From Catajapyx aquilonaris (taxonomy: Eukaryota), in NCBI GenBank assembly GCA_000934665.2, contig JYFJ02004378.1, positions 1 to 32,591 of the forward strand: a stretch of 32,591 nucleotides of DNA. The letters run 5' to 3'. Shown here piece after piece: positions 13,301-25,386 of this stretch. The position numbers were made by a program, and so were the translations under genes. The stretch's first letter is position 1. Every line of letters starts with the position of its first letter. Under the pieces are notes generated by a model. It worked only from the letters and a program-made list of their open reading frames with translations, was not told the origin of the DNA and ran no database searches.

Positions 13301-14687
13301 TTAGCAAACTCTCCCTCTGGCGATTAAAGCCGCGGGAGTGAAAATATATGGCGGCTCATAATAGTAATGTTGTCCAAGCCTAAATTCGAAGCCATAAAAT
13401 CTCACTTTGGAGTGAGTTTTTCCAACCCCTCTTTTGCTTCTCTCCAGCCAAAAAACCAGCATGTTTGATTATTGCGGCCGTGTAATGGAGGACACATCCT
13501 CCCAAAAAAAATGGAAATAAATCCCCCATACTTTTGACGGTGCACCGTTATGAATACTAAGCCCTGCCATGGCCACACTATTCCCCATCTCAGGTCCTCT
13601 GCACCCCCCTTCAGAACATTAGATCCGAGTCGCGGATGAGATGAGAAGGAAAGGCGGAAGTAGGTAGCGTTCAAAAAGTTTTCATTGCCCGTTTGAGCAG
13701 AAAGTGGAAGGAGATAAACTCGATCAGAAGGGAAGGGAAAGAGGAATTTCCCTGGTAATTTCTTTCGTGTCCACGTCGCCGAGCTTGTGACGTCGCTCTA
13801 AACAGATTGAGATCCAAGAAGTAGCGGTGCAGCATCGTGTCTCCAGCATATGTTGGACGTACAATGTTGGTTCACAGTGAACAATATTTTTTCGCTTTGC
13901 AACGGGGAACAAACACTATCTCCTTAAAAGTACTCCAGTTAGTTCCAGTAGTTGATGTTCCTTCCCGCTGAACCCACTGCCCTCTTCAAGTTATTCAGAC
14001 CCCTCCCAAAATCCGGTGATGTACAAACCATAAAAGTTCCGGGAAAACTGCAAGCAAGGCAAATCTGGCAGGGCAAAAATGTATACCTAATCCTAAGCTC
14101 CTTATGCGGAGACACAGGCGTCCCCTTTCCCCCCGCCGCATTACTCCAAATTACATACCGCATGTTTGTCCCAGTGTGTCGTCGCATTATGCAAAACTGG
14201 GCGAGTGTTTATTATGTTAAGCTGTGATGACGGTCTAGGGGAGACGTGGCATGGTAACGGAGAAGGTCCCTTCTCTCCGTTAATGACGGGCATATTTCAC
14301 CAGAGTGGCGCTGATACTCCGCAACTCCACCTTTCCCTTGCCTTCTTTGTTCGCGACAGATGCAGTGGCCACCTTACTTCATCACTCGCCCTGGGTCGGC
14401 CCCCAGTGTCACACAACCCTCCCATCCTTCGAGGGAAGTCCACGGTTTAAATTAGCATGGTGCGTAATTTACCGCCTGATGATTACACCACCCGGTGAAC
14501 CAGAGTGTAGGCTGCATATATGTTCAGGATATATCTAGTCATACGTAGATTCACGTTGTTGTTGATGAAAGTGGACGGGTGCATTAATTTATAGAGCAAT
14601 AAAACAAGTGGTTGGAAGCAGAAGCGCTGGTGCCTGCCTAGAATATCAGGGCTTGATTGGACAGTAACTCAACCGGAGTCGAGAACG

Positions 14688-14740
14688 CTGAGAAAGAGAG
14701 AGAGAACGAAGAGAGAGAGAAAGAGAGAGAAAGAGAAAAA
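14688..14740. repeat. GA-rich simple repeat
   Basis: Imperfect (GA)n/(GAAA) purine tract; shorter GA/TC tracts occur at about 8607-8620, 13137-13156 and 18505-18517. Confidence 0.8.
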
Positions 14741-17310
14741 ACTTAACCCCTTCAAGTAATTCGGGAAGCTGCAGAGTTCCGGAAAACGAATGGGCTGCCT
14801 TTTCCTTGGGGACAAGAAGAGGTCAGCTCTTGGGAGCCGTGGCGCCCTGTCGTGGGGAACCGCCCAGATTGCCTCTCCGTCACCATGCCACCGACAAAAA
14901 CCAGAACATTCCCCCCCNCCAACCCCTCTCTCATCGAGTCTCTCTTCCCCTTTCCTCGAACCGCACCCACCAAAACCACGGTCCGTGGGAAATCCCTCGC
15001 AATTTAATTTCTTAGAATCAACGGGACCCAGTAATTCCAAGCCTATAAGGCGAAGCCATTTTTTAAAAAAAGTTTCTCCTACAGTATCTTCTCTATGGAG
15101 TCATATCGCAGGTTGTCAATTAACAGTTCTGCAGACTTAACTGTTATAGAGATGTCCTTCATACTAACGGCAGCTACCAGTGTACAAAATCTAACAAAAT
15201 TGCATCCCTTGGAAAAGTTACATATGCAAAAACCCACGTAACTGACACTCCCCCCCCCCCCCCAAATCGTCCACCCTTCCAACGTATTAAACGCCTAACT
15301 ATGCAGTTTGAAGCCTAAACTTTCCTGTTTCGCCCCCTTCGCGCCAAGTCACTTTCCCCCAGTTCCCCACTATACTTGCCACTATAGGTTTCGACACGAG
15401 AAACTGCGGCATTCGCCGACTTTATCACCCCCTCCACCCAACCCACCCACTTTCCAGCCCCCTTCCCAATCGCAAATCTTTCACGCCTCGCAGAATTCAG
15501 GCATTGTTAAATTGTGTTGACCGCTCAGCATTATTCACAAGAAACCTCCACCACCAACTTTCTGGCGTTCCTCCCCCCAAAAACTTCTATTGCTGTCCTC
15601 CTTTTGCTTTTGCTTCCCCCCCCCCACCCCCTTCTTCAACCCAAACCAAAATAACCCCTTGAAAGCGTTGACGTGTCAAAACTCATAAGAGCTAGATGAA
15701 ATATTCATCTGCAAAACAGGGAAGCGATGTGGAGGGCTATAAAATCTGGAGAAACATAACCAGTCCCTTCCCCAACATCCACCGGGGGGAAAAAATAGTG
15801 GAAAAATCGAAACCTTAAAAAAAGTGTGAGAATAATTTTTTTATAAAATGCCCTCAAGTTAGATTACCAGTGGATTCGTATGCAGAGCAACCAATAGTCG
15901 TCCGTTCCATTGGGAGGAGCTTCTCAAAAAATAAATAATCTCACCACGCCTTTTTATAGCGCGAGCCTTAACTTCATCAAAAGAATCCTATTTTGCTGAA
16001 AGGTTCTGTATTATGAGTTGAAGAATTTATAGCCGGAAAATATTTATGGGCTTTGGATATACACTCTAACCGAGGAACGAAGCGGAAAAAAAGAGGTGGG
16101 GAGGAGAAAAATTTTGACGAGGTCTTCTTTTACGCGTCAAAGACGATGTCGAAGTGAGGGGGGTGCTGCATGATAAAGGTGCCATTTGTAAGTAAACTGC
16201 TGGGATGTGATTGGGATGAGGAGGCTCAGCAATTCCGTTGGGCCCTATCATTATAACTCCCTCCCTAGAAAAATGAAAATCTTTCTTTTCCTCAAGCGTC
16301 ATGGCGGAAACAGGATGGATACACTGCCACGAGGCCGTTTCTCAGCCAAGATTAAATTGGCCTCTCACCTACTTTTTCATTGTGTTTATATACAACGTGT
16401 GCATAAAAACCCAAGTGTTACTTATCACACAATTTGGAGCAATCAGAAGCAGCACGTGGCTTAATGTCCCTTATGGTGTCTGAAACGTATTGCCCGCAGC
16501 CATTGCTTCATCGGTCATCCATGGTCCGGTGTTGTCACAAGCTTAGGGCCGTCGGAAGAAAATGCATGGAAGGTGGTCCGGCTTTTGGGGTCAGCAAGCC
16601 CGGAAAAACAAAAGCGGCTGTGTCCATTTGCAGGCTGGCCGCCCACCGATCTCATCCACTTCGGTGTTCTAGCTTAGGGATGGTGGTAGTAGAGAGAGGG
16701 TGGGTTCTGGTGGGGGTCCTTTACTGCCCGCCCGTTGCTTACTTAAGACGAGCGTTATCTGTTCCATTAGGCTTGAGCTTGGGGACGCCGCCCGTCATCC
16801 TCCTAAAGGCCCCAGACAATGGCCGACCCGCCAACTATAGCGCCGGCCCGCCATTGAAATGCCCCCGGACGCAAGGCCTCATTAAACCCGCCCACACATT
16901 TTCCCCTCCCACCCACCCACCCCTGCCTCTAACCCCTACCACCACCCTCCTTCCAACTTCATGACCTCCGCATCAACCACAGGCCTGCCACTATGCCAAC
17001 ACTATCCAACTCTTACCCGTGGTAGGGGGCGTAACTTTCAGCTATCGCTTCCTTCTCTGGCCGAGCTTTTATACTTGGCAAATGCCACTAAAAGGTGCTT
17101 AGATATTAACGCTGGGATAAAATATTTTAAATTTAAATATCAGCAATAATATTGGATTTACTTGCAGATCCGATCGTGGAGATTGACTTGGACTTGTTGT
17201 TGAAAGAGGACTTGATTGATAACGAAGGAGGAGCGTTCTTCTACGACACATTTCGCAACCCTCGTAAGTAGGCACCGGTACGTATCGAAATGCTTTGTCT
17301 ATGTTTACTA

Positions 17311-17507
17311 CCCGCAGCCTAACTTCTCAAAAAATTTGTCTGTCCTAAATATTGCGACCTCTGTAGGGTTTCAAAATATGATTTCTTATGGACCGAACTG
17401 TACCCACCATTCTGATTGGTGGAGCCCTCTGCTCCACCAATCAGATCACTTAGGGTGCCTAGAAGAGCATAGGGCGCCACCTACTTTTCGAGAAGCAATG
17501 CTACGGG
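17311..17507. mobile_element. Older MITE with TA flanks and an internal CCAAT-containing palindrome
   Basis: Ends CCCGCAGCCTAACTTCTCAAAAA and (reverse complement) CCCGTAGCATTGCTTCTCGAAAA match at 18/23 positions, with TA at 17309-17310 and 17508-17509. Perfect internal 15-bp hairpin at 17411-17445. Confidence 0.55.
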
Positions 17508-20500
17508 TACTCTCGGCCTCGTTCTAGATCCGAGTGTACGCCTGCAGCTTATACTCCCGGGGTTACTAGGCTGCGGTTGCCTAAAACCCAGGATAACTCT
17601 TCAAAATGATTGGTTCCTATCCCTACACATGTGTTCCCAATTCCCTGACATAATGGCGAGTGATAATGGCCATTCCCAGGCGTTTTATGAATGTGAGATG
17701 TCGTCGCAGTTGGCATGATAGGTCCAAGAAGTTTGCGGCCGGACAAGTGGACAAGAGGAAAAGAAAATTGATCGGCGACCGTCCTGAAACTCTCAATTCT
17801 TTCGCCGGCACGCACCAACCTCATTTTCCTCCCACTGGACACGGGCGCCGATTTTTCTTCCCTCCAATATCTACCCCCCAAACCACCCTCCCAATCCTCC
17901 CCCCCNGGCCCATTAGGCCCAGAGGTTTTCTAACTATCAGCAAATAACTCATCGGTTTCGATCCCCGTTCGCCTTCCTGGATTTCATCCTCCAAGCGCAT
18001 TTTCCCTTGTCGATTTTTTTCGGCCTCATTTTTTTTTTCTTTTTTGGAAAAGTGGGAGGTTGGTGGGAGTGGGCATCCTCATCACTTCCATTGGGCAAAG
18101 GAACTGGCGGTGCCACAATTTCTCACCATAATGCCACTGACCACTCGACTCTTAATACGGCCATTAAGGTCGGTCCATCCCCGCCCTTTTTCCGGAAGTC
18201 CCATTCACCTTCTTTCTTTTTTTTTAACAAAAAAAAATGGGGGCACTGCCGTTGACCTCCCATGTCATATTGACCTCCACATAATACCACCCTCGATATT
18301 ACTTGACTATTAAGTCCGGGACAGGCATAATGGTCGTTCAAGCAGCAGGGGGTCATGCTGTTATACCCCTGGAGAGTGAGTACCTTACAGAATTTACTTG
18401 CGTGCATGAACTCATGCATTTTCGGCTAAACCGTCGTCGACACGCAAGGAAATTCGTACTCTAGAGAACCCCCCCCCCCCATACAACCACTTGCAACTTT
18501 TTTTGAGAGAGAGAGAGCGAATAGCACAGCACACACACCCCGTTTTCTCACGTGTGCTCGTGAAATTCTGCCCACGCTTCCGGGTTACGGGCTGTGGAAA
18601 TATGTGCGTTTTAGTCGTACTAATGGAAGCTATGCCGTCAGGGTACAAACCATGTGCTGCGGAAAAGGGCAGAACAGTACACGCAATAGGCTGAAATAGC
18701 AATGTCGCGAATGTACGCTTGGGGCATGTCACACTCTCAGCTGGATGATGCAGATAATATAAGTCAACAAAATGTAAGTTAACATTGGCCGGATTTGATC
18801 AGAGACGGTCATGACAGGAAAGGGAGGATCAATACGTGTATACGAAATTTAAAGCTCACTTAACAGCTTTTTAATGGCTTTGAGTTGAGGATTGATTTGT
18901 CTGCGTCTCTCCGCAGGGTTGCCGGCAGGAGGGTCTCAAGTTGTCTTTCGAAGCTGCGGGAGGAAATTGTGCTGAGGAATCTAACGTATAGACTTCATCT
19001 TTCGATATCAAGTTTGTTGCAGCAACTCTTTTCATCTCGTTTTGCCTTCTGGTATGTGTGAAGAGTGATTTTTTAGTGTTCTTTTCAGGATAATTCGTAT
19101 GTGGTGGTTCTACATTACAATCGAAAATTGTTATAAAACAGCAGAATTTTGGAATAAAAATTACTTAGTGAATTAGCTGCTGTCGCCTGCATCCATGGTG
19201 TATTCTCCTCAGAATAGTCGGTATAGGATCAGCGCAATCCGAAACTAAAACCAATCCCATCCCAATTCACGGAATCGCTCACAAAACGACCCATAACTCA
19301 CCATCCCGAAATTCTCCAACAAATGAGGCAAAATTGCAACATCGGAAACCGATTGTAAGAAAGATGATCACTGCTAGTGGTCGGTATCTCCAGATGGGGA
19401 TAAGGAAAGACAGATCCTCCCCGCTTTTTTTTTCTTCCTTCTTCCTCCTTCCTCCTACCCACGACGTAATATCCGGGAGTGACAAACTGCATCGGCGTGA
19501 TCGGACCGACACCGATATAAAACACGATGAGGCTCTTCTCCTTTCCCACAAAACCCATATCGGGATGGAGCGGCGGATAAATGGGCTTGGAGCCCTCCAC
19601 AACTTATATTTATGTGCCGTCAATGAACAGTCGATCTCGAGTGAAGATGTGCTCAATCCACCCCAGTTAACACAAAAAAAAACTTCATATGGAGCCATGG
19701 ATATATTCAATCGATCTGTTACACTCAATGAAAATGTGGTAGCAAAATTGGAGGAATTATAAACATAATTATACAGAGTTGTTATTGCTGCTATTGTTAG
19801 TAGCAGTAAGCCTGTTGAAAATCATCATTAAGCTCATCCCAGTAGTTGCGTCTCTCCAGTTACTGCAAATTATTCACAGCCATAACTCTACAAATAAATT
19901 ACGTCGGCACGCCGTATACAAAATTCCCCAACGTTTCACATGTAGGCCAACTAAGCTGATCAGGGATTTATGACCCAACACACAAAGTTGACCTCATCTG
20001 TACGCACTCAAGACCTCTCCGGGCTGCCTGCCAACTCCTTCAATCTGGAAGAAGTATCCTCCGAAATTAAGGCCATTCCTTGAATTATCAGCCACCATCG
20101 TGACTTGGCATCGAAATAGGCCACAATAACACGACTCGAAACACGAGACAAGCTCCCTTCAGCCATCCAAATCAAAGCATGGACGCCAGGGCAAACAACC
20201 TTGTAATTATTTCCCGGCGGATTAATAACAATTTGATGGCCTGAGCTATATGCAACCAAGAGGGGGGCATCAAAGGACGGTTCTAACTGCCTTCCAGGAG
20301 CACATGGCTCAGCGACAAAAGTGGTCGTTAGGTCCCTTTATTCCTCCTGGATACAGAAGGGGACACTTTGGCCCTCGTCAGGACCGCGTGTCAAAACCAA
20401 ATTCCGGCACGTAAATTATGTCCGGTGATGGTAGGGTCTCCCATGGGACCATCCACTTTCTTGTTAAAAGTCTGCTCTTCTGGAGGCATAACCGATGCTT

Positions 20501-22620
20501 AAGGTTGACGTTATGAATGTCGTCAAAAGCGACGATCATCTCTGTTGAGCATCAATTGCCCCTCGGGGTCATTGGCACTTGGATCAACAAGGGCTACACA
20601 CACACTAGAAAAAAAAGGTCAACGCCCACTCTTTCCAATAAGGGGAATGAAGAAGAAATGGGGAAGACTCCCCTTGGATCCTGCTAACAACTCCCCTAGG
20701 TCGAGAGGCAAAGTGGTAGGACCCCCCTTCAGACTGGTCATTTTGGCAAGTGGTGGCCCACCCGTGGGGACCCATGGACACCCAACTTAGCTCACACTTC
20801 AACTACTTCATTCACTTCCATGGGAGGTCGGAACCTGGCTTTTTTTTCTTCTTTTGCTCCAAAAGTACAGTCTTGGACTTCTGGGGAGTGGCTAACATAT
20901 TGGTCCTGTGTGGGCTGCTGCACAAAGAGCATTCAAATAAGCAACAGAAGCGTCCTATATCCTACACTTGTACAGTTGTGTTTGTTCATAAAGAGAATTT
21001 TTAAACAAATTAAACAAAATTCAGCCATATCTGGATGCTGTCAGTAGTTGTCAGCCATATTTGACACCCGCTTATTAACCCACTTTCAGCATCAGACTTG
21101 CTCATTACACGTGGACACATAATGGCCAACGACCAACGCACTGCTTCCATCAATAACGTAAGTTTACCTGCAGAGCCCAGGCTGACATTTTAGACCGTCC
21201 AGGTAATTTATTTGCCATGCAATTTTCTACAGTGGTCAATATGGAGCAGTCTAACATGCAGAATGTCAACTCGAGGGGAACACTTTTTTTGTCGCAAGCC
21301 GTCAATGAATTACCCTCTAATGAGTGTCTACAAGGACATGATTTATGAGTTCCCCCAACGTCCTTGCCACGTGCGAGACAAAAATTTTCAAGAGATTACC
21401 TTCAGCGTCCCTCTTCGGCTTAAAAAATTATTCCTCCTCTTTGTAGGTTGAGGATTGTTCCAGTGTATGAAGTTGTCCATGAGGGTATATATAGAAAAAA
21501 TAAGGAAAATAGGCAGGAGGAAGTGGAGGAAGAAAAAGAGGAGCACGGCGGGTCTCCATTTACCCATTTCCCCCGTTAATGAGTCCTTTCCCGATACGCC
21601 CTTGCTCATTACACAATTTAGGGCGGAACACTAAAGGTCCATATGCCCCCTGCAGTGCTAATCATCTCCCTTTTTCCCTACAATGGTGGTCATAATAAAG
21701 GCTATTTCTCGAGAGCATGTGGAAGGAGGCTCGGCCATTAGGACTAAGGAGGGCAGGGGGGTGGGGATGGCAAAGAACACTTTTTTTCATCCAGCATGAT
21801 GGTCTCTGGTCGGAGGTGCTCGTGTAATCCATTAATTCAGGGACCATGTAGTGGACAGGCACTTTTCACCTTCAATTGCTGGAGAAAAACTTTAATGAAT
21901 AATGATGTCGTCAGGCTGGCAGTCATTCCACTTCACTCTGGTAAGCCGTTTACGGACAGCTCGTGTCCTATACTATGCGACGTTTTTCCTTTCGGATGTC
22001 GATTGTGTGGATGTGTAATGAAGTGAATGAAGTGTGGTAAAAGTCAACAAGATTCACAATATTTCACTATGGAAAAAAAATGTCGGACATGTGCATGTTA
22101 TTTCCTTAAGTATGAGGAAACGGGTGGGCACCCAAAAGCTGGCGTCATTGTCAATCTCTCTCAAAATTGATTGCAGTCTATGTAGTATATTGCTTCTTGC
22201 AAACAATGACTTTGACTTTGCCTCGATCAGCAATGGCATACACTTGTATCACTTCAGGATGGCATGGTGGTGTGGTGGTTAGGACAGCAGCCTTCCACCT
22301 CTGAGGTTCTTTATTCAATGTCTGGCTCAAACAGAGGATTTTCGCAGGGGTGGAAAGTTACAAATAGTTACCTCTCTGTTTGCTTGTTTTTTGTTTGTGG
22401 TTCTTGTGTTTCTTGCCACCCTAAAAACCTGTCACAGTGCAGTCAATGAATAAAGTTGGGAATTTAAAAAGGATGGTTCCTCAAATGCTCTAGAAAGCCT
22501 ACCAAAAGGTATCAAATTTTTTTAAAATTATCTTTTGTATCACTTCACAAACACAGGTCCATCCTTATCAAAGCCTCAGTTGGTAATTCAGAGCACGTTA
22601 CATGTATTTGCATGTATTGT

Positions 22621-22729
22621 TCCAAGGGTAAGTAGGAGGGGATGTGCAAAGTGCAAGTGCAATGTCGTTGATTGGTCATTTTGTGAACTCCCCCGGGTGG
22701 ATTAGTCTAGCGGAAATTTCCACCCGAGA
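22621..22729 (-). mobile_element. Truncated copy of the SINE family found at 24483-24737
   Basis: Reverse complement (...AGACTAATCCACCCGGGGGAGTTCACAAAATG...GACATTGCACTTGCACTTTGCACATCCCCTCC...CCCTTGGA) aligns over about 110 bp with 24578-24692. Confidence 0.8.
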
Positions 22730-23007
22730 GTACTCCACTAGTTGTTACTTGTTACAATGCACTACATGTACTGCAGTTGTTGCCAAAGAAGGGAAAGGGA
22801 TCCTCAGAACCTGATGACCCTTAACCTGGAACCTCCCATTAAACATGCGAATTAAAATGCGAATTAATGTTTCAAACGCTAAGCATTAGTAAAAACAGCA
22901 ATATTCAGGCAATATTAGTACATGTATTGTCTTTGGGAAATTTTGGAACCTATCTGATTTGCTTAAGTTATAATTGGACAGTGTTATGGAATAAGTACTC
23001 CCTTTGT

Positions 23008-23361
23008 GGGGGAGGCACGGTGGCCGAGATGGTAACGTCTCGGCTTGCTATGCGAAAGGTCCCGGGTTCAAATCCCCACCCGGGAACAAACCTTTCGCTT
23101 GCGTCAATGGGTCGTGACCCGCGCCTAAGGAGGCGTCTTGGCAACCTGACCTCCTGGGGGACTGCACCTGGCCCACAGCTGGACAATGCACCTGCACTTG
23201 TGTCCCCTCCCCAAAATCCCCAACCCTTACCCCATTTCCTAGGACTCCTTGCACCGGTGAATGAAGAAAAAATACTTGAAAACTGATGGTGGAATGCCAC
23301 CCCCCAAATAGGCCCTTGACGCCTGGCACGGGGTAAAATAAATAAATAAATAAATAAATAA
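23008..23361 (+). mobile_element. Intact, young tRNA-derived (Ala-like) SINE, 354 bp
   Basis: A-box TGGCCGAGATGG (23021-23032), B-box GGTTCAAATCC (23065-23075), (TAAA)n tail, and perfect 15-bp TSD AAGTACTCCCTTTGT (22993-23007 and 23362-23376). CpGs are retained in a CpG-poor neighbourhood. Confidence 0.92.
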
Positions 23362-24482
23362 AAGTACTCCCTTTGTCTGTACATATACTAAAAAGTGTTA
23401 TGCAATAATGAGTCAACCCACATGAGACCAGTTTTGAGAAAAACGGCTTTGAAGGTCATACCTGCGAAATTAATTCAGTGTTCTTTTCAGTCATTTGTGG
23501 CAGAAGTATGCAGATTTCACCACCTTGATTTTAACAGAATGAAGTACTATCCTTTGGATGTATGTTCCTGGGCTTAACTCAATTTTGACATTTTTGTGGG
23601 TTGACACATTATTGCATAACACAGTCCAATTTTGTTTCGTTGTATGCGGATTCACTTTACGCCACTATGCTGCTGAAACCAATTACCGGTGTAAAACGAG
23701 GAATACCTGTACTTGAGTTCTTTTAGTTATACAAGATTTGCTTGATACTGTTACTTTTTGTAACTTGTTGCTTGTCTAACCAGATTCAATTATCTGGGAG
23801 TAATGGGGGACAAGCTACACAAAAATAACTACTTCCATCAATATTAGTGATAATTAAAAATGACCCAAGAACTTGGAACACCCTGTATTAATTAAAATGC
23901 ATGTGTTACCAACTTATCCCCTTTACATCCCGTTTTTCTTGGTATATTTTGTATATTAATTTTATAGTGGCTACAGGCACCAAGCATTCATCCTGGGCTT
24001 ATCAGAGACTCCACATGAGTCATTGAACAGACAAATTTCTGTGGGGAAGAAAACGAAAGCAAATGCAGTCAGACCCTACAGTGGCACACCTGGTGAACAG
24101 GGACGATGGGAATAAAATTCAATGTGGTAATCCATAATCAGGAAGCTGCATTGCATATATGAATTTCAGCCCTGACCCTCCTATCCAAGAAGGAAACAGC
24201 TGATCACACATGCACCTTGCTTCCATCCCCACCATCAAGAATAGAATTGGACAGCAGAAGACTCATGTGTTATGTCATAAATAATTATAAATTATATCAG
24301 AAATGGTTTAGTGCAGTGATTCCCAAACTTTTTTTGTCGCGTTCTCCTTTTCAAATATGTCAAGACAGGTTGTACCCCCACTCTGATCCTGTTACCTAAT
24401 AATAGTAATTGCGGGCACTTACCAGTTAGTGTGATGGGTAAGTTTTCTTTCTTTCACACAATATTCGGGACAAGTAAGCCTA

Positions 24483-24737
24483 GGGGAGGCAGAGTGGTGC
24501 TGTGGTAATGTACCTATGGAAGGGTCCTGGGCTCAATCCCCCTTCATCTCGTGCAGAGTTGGGCCATATCTGGCTTTGTCTCAGGTGGAATCTCTGACAG
24601 ACTAATCCATCCAGGGGAGTTCACAAAATGCACCATAAACAGACATTACACTTGCACTTTGCACATCCCCTCCCAGTTACCCTGCCCTTGGACCAGGGCG
24701 ATTCGTTAAAATGTTCCCCCCAAAAGGGCCAAAGACA
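24483..24737 (+). mobile_element. Older tRNA-derived SINE nested in the Charlie element
   Basis: Head GGGGAGGCAGAGTGGTGCTGTGGTAA...GGTCCTGGGCTCAATCCCC aligns with the head of the 23008 SINE; body aligns with 22621-22729; no clear TSD. Confidence 0.75.
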
Positions 24738-25330
24738 AGTGTCGTCAATTTAAGCCTGAGTGAGATCTTTCTCAACACAGAGTCGAGGATCTAATTTTGT
24801 TTTCATGGACGTTAATGCCGAAAAACTTGCTTCAAATAAATAGGTAGTAGTACACATGGTATTAAATACTTCAGAGCACAGGTTGCTAAGCTGGATAGTC
24901 TTCAATTTTTTCAGCCCAAAAAATCACAAGTGTTTTTGGCACAAATTCAAGCAAACATCCATTTGTGGAAATTTCAATGATCATTTCCGATCCTGCACTG
25001 ACATGTGCAGAAGTGGTCAAGAAATCTCAAATGAATTTTTGATCCCATTGACTGACATGTCCAATTGTCCATCTTGGGAAAATTATATCTAGACTGTTGC
25101 GCCATTTGATTAATGTGCTCCAATACTAGTATGATGGCATTGAACACTGTCCTCCACTGGCACTCTGCAGTTGCTTCAAAATTTGAAATTTTTGAGTTAA
25201 CACTGTCATGTTGCTTCTTTAGTTTCAACACTTGTGCTGAATGAAAACAGCATCAGTCAAATTCCTCTGCTGCATATAATAAATATTCACAAAAATAATA
25301 ATAGGAAAAAATAATGGGAATGAGTAGGAC

Positions 25331-25386
25331 CAGGGATGGAAAAAGAACCGCTTCTTTGGGAGGAAGCGGTTCTTTTTCCATCCCTG
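25331..25386. mobile_element. Minimal 56-bp hAT MITE (TIRs plus 8-nt spacer)
   Basis: Perfect 24-bp arms CAGGGATGGAAAAAGAACCGCTTC (25331-25354 and 25363-25386); perfect 8-bp TSD AGTAGGAC (25323-25330, 25387-25394). Confidence 0.9.

Noticed and set aside
3161..22449. Numerous 60-176 aa ORFs in the central block (e.g. 16434-16964, 19334-19762, 12512-12943)
   Set aside because: No recognisable domains, many non-ATG starts, homopolymer-derived residues and no consistent splice structure; expected by chance.
23008..23085. tRNA gene
   Set aside because: No acceptor stem or proper cloverleaf; it continues into a SINE body with tail and TSD.
23871..23887. Mariner-like TIR end ACTTGGAACACCCTG-TA
   Set aside because: No partner TIR found; too short to call an element.
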